From IMG/VR virus record IMGVR_UViG_2595698293_000001, positions 192,001 through 256,000 of that record: DNA of 64,000 bases. The stretch is one strand, 5' to 3'. The DNA is from a virus (lineage: Duplodnaviria > Caudoviricetes). The notes beneath the pieces were generated by a model, which had not been told where the DNA came from, did not search any database, and was given only the letters and a program-made list of their open reading frames with translations. The position numbers were made by a program, and so were the translations under genes. Shown in pieces: positions 1 through 8,805 of this stretch (the first letter of the stretch is position 1; each line of letters starts with the position of its first letter).

Positions 1-8
1 GTACTGAA

Positions 9-209
9 ATGAACACTATTATTTTTTTGATTATACTGAGTACTGGAACAACTACTACAGTAATTAAAGAAATGCCTTCTTTAGTACAATGCAAAGTAAT
101 TATGAATTCTGTTTATAAACAACAAAAAGAAAAACAAAAAGAAACAAGTAAAACAGATTACTATTGTTTGAATTCAACAACTAACACTGAGTACTACCCA
201 GATGAATGA
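9..209 (+). CDS. small hypothetical protein with N-terminal hydrophobic segment and two Cys
   Basis: ORF track; architecture resembles 2133..2333. Confidence 0.6.
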   Translation: MNTIIFLIILSTGTTTTVIKEMPSLVQCKVIMNSVYKQQKEKQKETSKTDYYCLNSTTNTEYYPDE

Positions 210-384
210 ATTCACATTTCTTTGTACTTATTATTATTATACTTCTGCTAATTCAAAGAAGTATGTAAAGGAAGAAATAAACGTATATACCAGTTCAGTA
301 CAAAAAGCTATTTGTGAGGTACATTTGTACTTAGTTTGTTGTGAAGTAATTGATATAGAATATATACATACTATACAGGAATAA
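202..384 (+). CDS. small hypothetical protein (resembles the 4181-5297 paralog group)
   Basis: ORF track; F-T-F-x-x-x-Y start and I-x-x-I-x-x-I end pattern. Confidence 0.55.
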   Translation: MNEFTFLCTYYYYTSANSKKYVKEEINVYTSSVQKAICEVHLYLVCCEVIDIEYIHTIQE

Positions 385-389
385 ATCCA

Positions 390-1280
390 ATGACTTTAAG
401 ACTTATTACTGAAGTAGATAAATCAGTAAGTGAATTAACAAATGAAGAATTGAATAAATTGGACTGGAGTTCAGTACCAAAATCACAACTTCCTTCTATT
501 TCAGATGATCGTTTAATGAAATGTCCCATCGACATTTTAACTCAAAGTTTTTCTTGTGATAACTATAGCAATGATTTGTGTTTATATATACTCACTTCTA
601 AAATAAAGAAGTGTAAAGATTTTCGAAATGGTTATGCATTATATCATTTATTAAGTAATTTTTTTAATCCAGATTTTATCAAGAATAATAAAAAAGAAAT
701 TCTTGAAATGTTAAAACGACATGAAGAGATTCATAGTACTGTTACGTTTCCATCAGTTATTCAATACCTGATGAAACATGGAATCATTTCATTTTTTGAT
801 TTAAATATGACATTTGAAACAATCAATGACACATGGGACGCACTGGAATCAAATATTCCACAAGAAGATTGGATTAAATTAATCACACGTACAAATTACC
901 TGTATTCAACACTCACTGAACACCATTCAATACAGAATAATGTAATACCATTAAGCACTGAAAACTTATGGAAATGTGGGATTAAAATTAATCCAGTTGT
1001 TGATCTGTCGTGGGTTAAAAATGGCACAGATGAATGTGATGATGATTATGTAGAAATTTTACTGGAAGATTTAATAGAACAATTAAATTGTACTTCAATC
1101 ACATGGGATGAAGTACTAGAAAAGTTCAACACATATAAACTTGATAGGGATAACAATCCCCCTTATGGTGTTAATTTTATCAGTACTGTATGGGAACATC
1201 ACATAATTGACACAAAGTTTGAATTGAACAGAGATGATTTTTTCAAGAAAAATTTACATCTTTACAAAACTATTGGATAA
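390..1280 (+). CDS. hypothetical protein, 296 aa
   Basis: long ORF with AGGA SD upstream. Confidence 0.8.
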   Translation: MTLRLITEVDKSVSELTNEELNKLDWSSVPKSQLPSISDDRLMKCPIDILTQSFSCDNYSNDLCLYILTSKIKKCKDFRNGYALYHLLSNFFNPDFIKNNKKEILEMLKRHEEIHSTVTFPSVIQYLMKHGIISFFDLNMTFETINDTWDALESNIPQEDWIKLITRTNYLYSTLTEHHSIQNNVIPLSTENLWKCGIKINPVVDLSWVKNGTDECDDDYVEILLEDLIEQLNCTSITWDEVLEKFNTYKLDRDNNPPYGVNFISTVWEHHIIDTKFELNRDDFFKKNLHLYKTIG

Positions 1281-1345
1281 AAGTCTTGACATGGAGTACT
1301 ATTTGAGTAATAATACTCCTATCTTAATTTAATGAGGAAACACTG

Positions 1346-1510
1346 ATGAAAACTCTATTACTTATTGTAGTCGTGGCTTTTGGTGCATGGTGGTTTTCTG
1401 AAAATTTTAGTATAACTTCAAAAAATGAACCACAACCTGTTCCACAAGAAGTACATACAGATTCTATTGGAACTAAGGTTGATAAAATAATTAAAGTAAT
1501 TACGGAATAA
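1346..1510 (+). CDS. small membrane-anchored protein, 54 aa (below ORF-track cutoff)
   Basis: GAGG SD; ATG 1346; MKTLLLIVVVAFGAWWF N-terminal TM; TTGACA at 1286 upstream. Confidence 0.65.
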   Translation: MKTLLLIVVVAFGAWWFSENFSITSKNEPQPVPQEVHTDSIGTKVDKIIKVITE

Positions 1511-1515
1511 ATGTT

Positions 1516-1908
1516 ATGGGATTAGATGTAACTGAAGCTCAAACACTATTAGAAAACCTTAGAGAAATTAATTCAAAATTTGAACGTAATAATCTCTGTA
1601 CTGAATGGGATAAAAAACTACCCAATAGATTTAGTGAAATCACCAATGAAATTTTATTCAGTACTGGTTTAGTTTGGATTGAACATACTTCTCTGTATAA
1701 TGTTACATATCGCCATGAAGGTTATGTTGTTGAATACAATGAATATCTAGATCAGGGCATGAAAGTACTCAAAATGTGGAGTACTGTTTATAACGAGCTA
1801 GTAATTATCTGGATTAATGACAGTAATGGTGTTGACTTTGGTGATTTAGAAGAAAGCACTACTAAGGTAGCACCAATTTTTATTGGTTTGTCTGATAATA
1901 CTATGTAA
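1516..1908 (+). CDS. hypothetical protein
   Basis: ORF track, operon-like packing. Confidence 0.7.
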   Translation: MGLDVTEAQTLLENLREINSKFERNNLCTEWDKKLPNRFSEITNEILFSTGLVWIEHTSLYNVTYRHEGYVVEYNEYLDQGMKVLKMWSTVYNELVIIWINDSNGVDFGDLEESTTKVAPIFIGLSDNTM

Positions 1909-1929
1909 GTATCAAAGAAAGGTTTTGTT

Positions 1930-2136
1930 ATGAATGAAAAATTGGCTTTAATTTGGAAAAGTGGTTATGACTTTAAAGTAACACCAAAGGAACTTAGAGT
2001 ATTTCGTACTGAATACTGTGAGTATCTTGATTTAGACCAGTATAATACCATTGTTCGTATTGAACACGATGGCGATGTTGAAGGTCATATCAGTGAAGTA
2101 CTTGATAAAGCTATTTCAATTATTGAGGCAAAATGA
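1930..2136 (+). CDS. hypothetical protein
   Basis: ORF track, AAGG SD. Confidence 0.7.
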   Translation: MNEKLALIWKSGYDFKVTPKELRVFRTEYCEYLDLDQYNTIVRIEHDGDVEGHISEVLDKAISIIEAK

Positions 2137-2333
2137 TGATTAGTTTTTATTTGGCAGTGATACTTATTAATGGTAATATCGAAAGAACACTAGGAAATGG
2201 GTTTTATAAAACCCCCGAAGAATGCTATACGACGACAAATTGGCCTCGTGATAGTGAAACTCGTGAAGAATTCAAATGCATCAAGGCTACTGGTGATTTT
2301 GTAAATTTCAAAGTTATTGAGGTACAAAAATGA
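2133..2333 (+). CDS. small exported or membrane hypothetical protein
   Basis: ATGA overlap with upstream gene; hydrophobic N-terminus, two Cys. Confidence 0.65.
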   Translation: MMISFYLAVILINGNIERTLGNGFYKTPEECYTTTNWPRDSETREEFKCIKATGDFVNFKVIEVQK

Positions 2334-2611
2334 TTCTTTCAAAAGAAGAACGTGATATTGTATTACACGCTTTATATTTTCTTGAGAATGAAAGTATGCA
2401 TACGGATGCTTCTATGGCGTTGATTGAACGTCTTCAGAAAGAAGAAATGCCAAAGATTTATCGTATCCGTTATCTTGATGGGGCTGGTGGTGATCGTATT
2501 GCCATTGCTGAATCAAGAGAAGAAGCAGAACAAATCTTCACTGATAATTATTTGAATCCTTTTTTGATGGAAGAAGTTTGTGAAGTGAAAAATGGCACTT
2601 TTATTGGTTGA
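2330..2611 (+). CDS. hypothetical protein (MILSKEE N-terminus shared with 3245..3490)
   Basis: ATGA overlap; shared N-terminal helix. Confidence 0.7.
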   Translation: MILSKEERDIVLHALYFLENESMHTDASMALIERLQKEEMPKIYRIRYLDGAGGDRIAIAESREEAEQIFTDNYLNPFLMEEVCEVKNGTFIG

Positions 2612-2635
2612 CAGATAATAAAAATACAGTATAAT
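2608..2635 (+). promoter_or_regulatory. sigma70 promoter of tRNA-like RNA A
   Basis: TTGACA 2608, TATAAT 2630. Confidence 0.75.
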
Positions 2636-2641
2636 GTTTAT

Positions 2642-2742
2642 ATCAAGACAAGTAGTAGCTTAATATGTTCAAGAGCAGCGAGCAAACACAGCATAATGGT
2701 ACTCGTCTGTACAGGTTGCATTCCTGTTTACTTGTCTTTGAT
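2642..2742 (+). ncRNA. tRNA-like RNA A (extended acceptor stem, 19-nt anticodon loop, no CCA)
   Basis: atcaagacaagtag/ttacttgtctttgat stem; D-arm GCTT..GAGC; GCGAG/CTCGT stem; T-arm ACAGG-TTGCATT-CCTGT. Confidence 0.65.
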
Positions 2743-2768
2743 TTCTTTTAATTCAACGAGGTTATAAT

Positions 2769-2972
2769 ATGTTTACACCAAACACATCAAATGTAGGTAA
2801 GCGTGTAGTACTGTTAGAAGATGTATCAACACTTCGTGGCACTTTCAGTAAAGGCCATGAAATGACTATCATCGGTGAAACATCTCGCGGTTGGGATCTC
2901 GAAGATGATGATGGTAATCGCATTTTAGAAGCTGGGATGTTTGGTCATAAAGAATTTAAACTTCTTGACTAA
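2769..2972 (+). CDS. hypothetical protein (SH3/KOW-like beta pattern)
   Basis: GAGG SD; VGKRVVLLEDV...GWDLEDDDGNRI. Confidence 0.7.
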   Translation: MFTPNTSNVGKRVVLLEDVSTLRGTFSKGHEMTIIGETSRGWDLEDDDGNRILEAGMFGHKEFKLLD

Positions 2973-2999
2973 ATGATTACGTGCTGCTAATATAAGAAC

Positions 3000-3067
3000 A
3001 AGACGGGGTGATAAATTAACATTAACCTTAATCGATCAACAGGTGGCTGCGGTTATCATCCCGTCTT
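3000..3067 (+). ncRNA. promoter-driven long-stem hairpin RNA B
   Basis: TTGACT 2965 / TAATAT 2988; stem aagacggggtgataa/ttatcatcccgtctt followed by a T-run. Confidence 0.5.
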
Positions 3068-3091
3068 TCCTTTTTAACAATGAGGTTTATC

Positions 3092-3232
3092 ATGAGTAAA
3101 GATGTTCACGTTCCAGTACAAAATGGTATGTCAGCATGTGGTAAACGAGTGGATTTAACTGGTTGGGTACGTTCAATGATCACTTGTAAAAAATGCAAAA
3201 AAACCAAAGAGTATTTTGATTTGGAAAAATAA
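3092..3232 (+). CDS. 46-aa putative zinc-binding protein (H..C..CxxC)
   Basis: GAGG SD, ATG 3092, MSKDVH...ACG...TCKKCKK. Confidence 0.6.
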   Translation: MSKDVHVPVQNGMSACGKRVDLTGWVRSMITCKKCKKTKEYFDLEK

Positions 3233-3244
3233 CAAGGATTTATT

Positions 3245-3490
3245 ATGATACTATCTAAAGAAGAACAACAAATTGTTGCACAAGCAATGAGTCTTTTGCA
3301 CTTAACCACTGACAAAGAAAAAGATTTATTCAATCGTCTTAAAACTGGGGTTGATACAGTTCAACGTATAAAAGAGAGTAATGAACGTAAAATGAAATTC
3401 CATGCATCACTCATAGCTATGTATGGTCCAAATGCACATTTACATTATAATGATTATTATCAATACTGTGAAAAAAATGGTTTTTGGTGA
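3245..3490 (+). CDS. hypothetical protein
   Basis: AGGA SD; MILSKEE N-terminus. Confidence 0.7.
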   Translation: MILSKEEQQIVAQAMSLLHLTTDKEKDLFNRLKTGVDTVQRIKESNERKMKFHASLIAMYGPNAHLHYNDYYQYCEKNGFW

Positions 3491-3499
3491 AATAAAAGA

Positions 3500-3527
3500 T
3501 TGACAAATAACATTAGTACTGTATAAT
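3500..3527 (+). promoter_or_regulatory. sigma70 promoter of tRNA-like RNAs C and D
   Basis: TTGACA 3500, AGTACT in spacer, TATAAT 3522. Confidence 0.75.
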
Positions 3528-3533
3528 GTTTAC

Positions 3534-3622
3534 AATCAAGACAAGATTAGTTCAGTAGGTAGGAACCGTTCTATGTGTATCTAAGAATAAGTTGTGGTTC
3601 GATTCCCTATCTTGTCTTGATT
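3534..3622 (+). ncRNA. tRNA-like RNA C (14-bp acceptor-like stem, 11-nt anticodon loop, no CCA)
   Basis: aatcaagacaagat/atcttgtcttgatt; D-arm TA-GTTC-AGTAGGTAG-GAAC; T-loop GG-TTCGATT-CC. Confidence 0.65.
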
Positions 3623-3625
3623 TCA

Positions 3626-3815
3626 GTGGTGAGCTTTAGTGATACATCTATTGACGATGCGGGTGTGAGGGTGGCTACCTCAGCAGTGGCGAATTATGTA
3701 GCAACTGTGCTGAAAGATGCTAAGACAGTTCGATTCTGTCCACCCGCCGCACTAAAGGTAGGGTACTAAGTACCAGAAACTAACACGAGGCAGTCGGAAT
3801 ATACGCCTACACCAC
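3626..3815 (+). ncRNA. structured RNA D with an embedded tRNA-like domain (3659-3747)
   Basis: GCGGGTG/CACCCGC stem, TGAGG/CCTCA arm, perfect T-arm GACAG-TTCGATT-CTGTC, nested inside CTTTAGTG/CACTAAAG and GTGGTG/CACCAC helices. Confidence 0.7.
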
Positions 3816-3846
3816 AATTACTTTTAATTTAATTGAGGAACAAAAC

Positions 3847-4194
3847 ATGTCAGAATCACTTGTAAATAAAAACTCTCAAGGATTTGTAATTGCAAATAAA
3901 AACCCTCAAGGGTTTGTAATTATTGATCTGAATCTTAGCAGCGGGAGAATGTTCCAAAGTACTGATGCATGTATGCAATTTGACTTCCTCGGTTATGAAA
4001 TTAGTGTTAGTACAGGTGGTTCAGTACTACAAGGTGGTTTTCTTCAGGAAATTTTAGTTACTGATCCAGAAGAACGTCCTCACTTCATTCAGGGGTCGGT
4101 GCAAGATGCTATTATGTTTGTTATTCAGCGTGAACAAAATAGAAACTTTAATGAATTTACTAATGCAATGAGTAATAAGATTGAAGAAGTTTAA
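3847..4194 (+). CDS. hypothetical protein with N-terminal 10-aa tandem duplication
   Basis: GAGG SD; NKNSQGFVIA-NKNPQGFVII. Confidence 0.7.
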   Translation: MSESLVNKNSQGFVIANKNPQGFVIIDLNLSSGRMFQSTDACMQFDFLGYEISVSTGGSVLQGGFLQEILVTDPEERPHFIQGSVQDAIMFVIQREQNRNFNEFTNAMSNKIEEV

Positions 4195-5297
4195 AGTTAA
4201 TGTTAAGTACTTCACATTCTATAGTTTAGATCCAAATGATTGTCATCCAGGATTTTTTGAATGCACCCTAATCAGGGAGAATGAATGTGAAGTACTATAC
4301 TTTATATATAAAATGTATAACAAAATAGTTGTTTATGATTATAGAAAAAGAAATCCATATCCAGGAGAAACCTTATATTTCAATCAAACAATTATTGACT
4401 CATACAGTATAATTTGTACTGGTGAATATGATGAATAATAAGTATTATAATTTTGAATTGAAATATATACTTCGCATATCAGACGATGATACAGAATGTG
4501 TCGCACATATACAAACTTTGGCATGTAATCCGACAGACGCAGTAATTAAAATAATAGAAGCTAATATTTTACCATGTAAAAAATCAAATTTTATATTAAT
4601 AACATCAATTAGATTAACTTAAAAAAATGTCAGATTGTAAAAAATATAGTATATCTGGAACATATTCAATAAATTTCAAAGGTCTAAAAGAACAACAACA
4701 AAGAACATTCAAAGTCGTATTTTGTTCAACTAATCCTATTCAAGCATTGAATCAATTAATTACGCAATACTATCTATACAGTACTCCATTTTATATATAT
4801 ATTATTGAATCTTATAAAATTGTGGAAATATAAAAATGAATTATTATACTTTTGCATTGAAATATATTTCAGCATATTCACCTAATGTGGAAGGTAAATG
4901 TGTTATAAAAGCACAAGGAAATAATCCAATTGAAGCCATTATGAAAATAATATCTACTAATTCATTCCCTGATAAAAATTCAACGTTTGTACTAATTACT
5001 TCAATTGTCATTCAATGATAATTTGGATATAGTATGAATATATATACAGTAACTGGAATTCATATGGCTCAATTTACAGGAACATTTCCAATGATTGGTG
5101 GTGTTCCTGTAAATACAATTCCTAAAAAATTTAAATTCCGAATTTCAGCAGATAATGAAGTACATGCGTATTATAAAGTTATAGAAAAATATAATGTTTA
5201 TAATACCTGCAATTATTTTTATATAATTTATGATGTTAAAGTTGACATTCATTATACCCCATATAGTAAGAATAACCTCATTAATATCTTAATCTAA
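4181..5297 (+). other. tandem array of five small paralogous CDSs (4181, 4422, 4627, 4836, 5034)
   Basis: shared YxFxxxY...N(P/E)xxA...I(T/E)SxxI pattern; very AT-rich. Confidence 0.6.
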
Positions 5298-5310
5298 CAG
5301 AGAAAATAAA

Positions 5311-5979
5311 ATGCTTGCTAATCTGAAATACATGATCAGTACTGAAGCACGTGATGAAAAAGGTTGCTACATTAAATCCGAAACCAAAACATTTGATGAT
5401 CTTGGTATGAGTGGTGTTTTTCATGAATGTCATTTCGATCCATATCACCCATTTTGGTCTAAACATCAGGAACCAGAGAAAGTACAAAATACTCGAATTT
5501 TTTGTGCATTACAAACAAATACACCTGGCATCATCGCGGCGTATAATGCGGATGATGTAATCGACCACATGACGAATTATGAAGTAATCGATGAGCACCC
5601 AATGATTAGTCCAAGGGGTGAAGTTTATACACATCAAGATTTCCATTCAATGTTTAATGAAATGGAGAGGATCATTCTTCCCAGTGGTAAACAACGACCT
5701 GAATATATGAACTTGGTTGGTTCTTATGGTGTAGCAGATAACATTGAACAAATTCTTCGTAAGTATAAATCATTGTTAAATAGTCCAGATGAAGTTGTAT
5801 TAACTATCCATCCTGTACTGAAAAAGGATCAACCAGAAAGTGGTGGTTGGCGTTGGCATAAATGGGGGTCATATATCGGCAATCACAAGATTAAGTGTGA
5901 ATATTTGTATGATGAAGTTGGTATTGATAAAGTTTTGTGTTATAATTGGATCTACGTAAAACCCAAAAAAGGAATCTAA
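5311..5979 (+). CDS. conserved phage protein with GWRWHKWGxYIG domain
   Basis: C-terminal domain shared with 17646..18233. Confidence 0.8.
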   Translation: MLANLKYMISTEARDEKGCYIKSETKTFDDLGMSGVFHECHFDPYHPFWSKHQEPEKVQNTRIFCALQTNTPGIIAAYNADDVIDHMTNYEVIDEHPMISPRGEVYTHQDFHSMFNEMERIILPSGKQRPEYMNLVGSYGVADNIEQILRKYKSLLNSPDEVVLTIHPVLKKDQPESGGWRWHKWGSYIGNHKIKCEYLYDEVGIDKVLCYNWIYVKPKKGI

Positions 5980-6251
5980 AAATGATTAATGTATTAGCAT
6001 TGGTACTTATTTTGCTCTTTATTATGTTACCAACACTTATTTCTGTTACACGCAATACAGTAGAAACTTCACTACGTGTATTTTTACTTAACTTTATGTT
6101 ATTGGTTATTTCAATCATCGTTCCTTACAGTGAATCACTTATTGATGGTATCAGTAACATTTTACTTGTTTGGTCTTATTTGATTATGTTATCTTATATT
6201 CCAGACGAATCAGATCCAAAAGATTTAAGAAATGTTGTAAGATACGTGTGA
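5946..6251 (+). CDS. hypothetical membrane protein
   Basis: about 3 hydrophobic segments; likely start at the internal MINVL. Confidence 0.65.
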   Translation: MDLRKTQKRNLKMINVLALVLILLFIMLPTLISVTRNTVETSLRVFLLNFMLLVISIIVPYSESLIDGISNILLVWSYLIMLSYIPDESDPKDLRNVVRYV

Positions 6252-6264
6252 TTAAGGATTAATT

Positions 6265-6525
6265 GTGGCAAGTGGGTTTGTTGATGATGATTGTGTAAAC
6301 AATACCATAGAAAGCACAGTACTTAATGCTATTGATTTTGCAAGAAGTAATCTATATTCAGGTGAATCATTTAAGTACTGTACTGACTGCGGTGATGAAA
6401 TACCAGAAAAACGTCGGGCAGTTCTTAGTGGTGTAAAACGTTGTGTGAAATGTCAATCTAAGGTAGACAATTCATATAAAGAGTATTATAATAGACGTGG
6501 ATCAAAAGATTCACAATTACGTTAA
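6265..6525 (+). CDS. ybiI: DksA/TraR-family C4 zinc-finger protein, YbiI-like
   Basis: MASG..DD N-terminus, CxxCG-x-x-IP-x-x-RR...GVxxCxxCQ, C-terminal NRRGSKDSQLR as in enterobacterial YbiI. Confidence 0.9.
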   Translation: MASGFVDDDCVNNTIESTVLNAIDFARSNLYSGESFKYCTDCGDEIPEKRRAVLSGVKRCVKCQSKVDNSYKEYYNRRGSKDSQLR

Positions 6526-6536
6526 AAGGAAACAAA

Positions 6537-6860
6537 ATGATTGGATTAATTTCGGTTGTACTTACTATCCCATATATTATTATTGTGTGGGCGATGGTTT
6601 GCAGTTTGTTACAGGAAAATGGTTCACTGAAGGGTAGTAGATTTAATTATAAAGAAGATTTTCTATTAAATTCTAATACAGTGTCCTTACTATACAAAAT
6701 CGTTTGGATTTGGTTAGCAGCTACAGTACTGAACTTCTTTTTCCCTGTATTTGGAATTGTACTATATATTGTTAATATTGTTATTATTCTGGTATCATTG
6801 TATTGGTTGTACGAATGTTACAAATCTGGAAAATTCAAAGTTTGGTTTAATAAAAAATAA
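6537..6860 (+). CDS. hypothetical membrane protein
   Basis: 3 hydrophobic segments. Confidence 0.7.
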   Translation: MIGLISVVLTIPYIIIVWAMVCSLLQENGSLKGSRFNYKEDFLLNSNTVSLLYKIVWIWLAATVLNFFFPVFGIVLYIVNIVIILVSLYWLYECYKSGKFKVWFNKK

Positions 6861-6926
6861 AAATTATAAATTATAAATACCTTTGTATACTACCTACAAA
6901 GGTATTTTCTTTTTAGAGGATTTATT

Positions 6927-7262
6927 ATGCATATATTACTAAGTTTAGTACTTAGTACTATTTTGCTATCCTTTCTACCTGCCAGTGTATCAGCTAACAA
7001 TGGTTCATTGTGCTTGTCTAATGATGGTGAATGGTACGAAGTACGTTCCGATCCTGATAATCCAAATAACCTCACTATTGATGGTGAAGTCTTTTACATC
7101 CTACAGCAACAAACCCACCTTAATAAAAAAGTCTTGACATTTAAAAGTACCAGTGGTACACTGGCATTGTTAGTTTTGGTTGGTAATCCAGAAACTAAAA
7201 AGGTTTCAATTGACATGTTCCTCACATCTGAGATAAAATCAGTTAAAATTCAATGTAAATAG
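6927..7262 (+). CDS. exported hypothetical protein (C-x-SNDGE motif)
   Basis: signal peptide; TATAAATA at 6872 upstream; paralog of 7639..8001. Confidence 0.75.
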   Translation: MHILLSLVLSTILLSFLPASVSANNGSLCLSNDGEWYEVRSDPDNPNNLTIDGEVFYILQQQTHLNKKVLTFKSTSGTLALLVLVGNPETKKVSIDMFLTSEIKSVKIQCK

Positions 7263-7271
7263 GGTATAACA

Positions 7272-7628
7272 ATGCTAGACAAAATTTTTGATATTTTGTT
7301 TTTAATTCCAGTTGTATCAACTGCTATTGTAGTTTTTACAATGCTTAGTTCAGTACTGATTGGTATCCTTTGTCTGGTAATGGGTAGTGATTCTGTATTG
7401 AGATTCAGTTCTAAATATTTTGTTTGGGGAGACGTGCCAGCATTTAATGCTACATTCGTCTCCTTTTTTCTTTTTATTTGTTCTCTCATGTTACATGAAT
7501 TTGAATTGCTGAGTTCGATTTATATCGTAAGCTTCTATTCAATTTTTAGTATGTGTTGTCTGTGGTACATGATCTACAGTATTGATGTTTGGTATACAAA
7601 TTATGTTGAATATAAACACAAAAAATGA
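7272..7628 (+). CDS. hypothetical membrane protein
   Basis: 3 hydrophobic segments. Confidence 0.7.
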   Translation: MLDKIFDILFLIPVVSTAIVVFTMLSSVLIGILCLVMGSDSVLRFSSKYFVWGDVPAFNATFVSFFLFICSLMLHEFELLSSIYIVSFYSIFSMCCLWYMIYSIDVWYTNYVEYKHKK

Positions 7629-7638
7629 GAATAAAAAT

Positions 7639-8001
7639 ATGAAAACTATTATCTTCTTTGTATTAATGATGATTTGTAGTATCAGTGCACGTGCAGAACT
7701 TATTGTTGATATGGTATGTGTTAGTAATGATGGGGAATCTCATACTTATAAGGTAGACAGAGATAACTTATTAACAATATTAATTGATAACATTCCATAT
7801 GATTATGAAAAAAATACAACTATTGGTGATACTGATATTTCGAAATACGCAAATACAAATAATAAATCCGAATTGGCTTATATTTCAGTTGATGTATATG
7901 AAGATATGCGTACTAAACAACAATTTCCAGAAATTAAATTAGTACTAATGGAAAATGGTGCTAAAGTTGCTAAATTCGGAGGATTATGTCATGATAATTA
8001 A
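7639..8001 (+). CDS. exported hypothetical protein (C-x-SNDGE motif)
   Basis: MKTIIFFVLMMICSISARA signal peptide; start reassigned from 7582. Confidence 0.75.
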   Translation: MKTIIFFVLMMICSISARAELIVDMVCVSNDGESHTYKVDRDNLLTILIDNIPYDYEKNTTIGDTDISKYANTNNKSELAYISVDVYEDMRTKQQFPEIKLVLMENGAKVAKFGGLCHDN

Positions 8002-8266
8002 TTTATCAATTAATTATGATTCTTTTTGTTTAAGAGATAATACTGAGAGTATTTTTTATTCTGGTGCCACTCATTTATTTTTTGAAGATTATAAAATACC
8101 ATATGAATTGATTGAAATTAATAATATTGATTATATTCAATATCATGAAAATGATAATATTGTTTGTGTTGAAATTGATAAATTGGAAGAATTAATTAAA
8201 TTTATGAAAAAATATAATTGTAATATTGAATTAAAATCTGATTATGGTATAATTCATTTCAAGTGA
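7991..8266 (+). CDS. hypothetical protein, paralog of 21029..21475
   Basis: IPY...FxKKYxxNI shared motif. Confidence 0.65.
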   Translation: MIINLSINYDSFCLRDNTESIFYSGATHLFFEDYKIPYELIEINNIDYIQYHENDNIVCVEIDKLEELIKFMKKYNCNIELKSDYGIIHFK

Positions 8267-8805
8267 GATCCAAAATGAAGCACTGGTCATATAAAAAAAG
8301 ATTAAAGAGAAATAAATGGTATCCAAGATATTATTACATACCATGGATATCGAGTTTTGCAAGATTATCTGCTTTATCTAAAAAATGTACTATTAATAAA
8401 TTTCAAGTAAGTGATATAAGCACTAAAGGTGTATATAAAGTAAAAGTTAACCCAAATGATGAAATTGGTATTTGTTTATTGAATTATAATGAATTTAGTA
8501 TTAACTATATATCTTCTGCTGTGAAATATTTAAATATACTAAGTACTAATTATGAATTTTCAGATTTTTTTACTGGAGACCGCCGACGTATAATTTGCAC
8601 TAAATCTTACGAAAAGATTTCTAATGATATAGATTTTTCAAATTTAACTGAAGAGGAATATTTTCAGTACAGTACGTTATATGATAATCTTGATGATTTA
8701 GTTAAACTTAATACATTGTTTAAATGTATTGAAGAAAAAACCAAAGACAAATTTACATTAATGAATTTTCTACGTGGAATTCAGAAATTTGAGGCTGAAC
8801 AATGA
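8263..8805 (+). CDS. hypothetical protein of the acidic-FQxST motif family
   Basis: NLTEEEYFQYSTLYD. Confidence 0.7.
   Translation: MRSKMKHWSYKKRLKRNKWYPRYYYIPWISSFARLSALSKKCTINKFQVSDISTKGVYKVKVNPNDEIGICLLNYNEFSINYISSAVKYLNILSTNYEFSDFFTGDRRRIICTKSYEKISNDIDFSNLTEEEYFQYSTLYDNLDDLVKLNTLFKCIEEKTKDKFTLMNFLRGIQKFEAEQ

Noticed and set aside
2642-3747. Canonical tRNA genes
   Set aside because: No 7-nt anticodon loop and no CCA or free acceptor end; reported as tRNA-like ncRNAs instead
3575-3769. 64-aa ORF from the track
   Set aside because: Overlaps the structured tRNA-like RNAs, has no convincing SD, and is probably open because of higher GC
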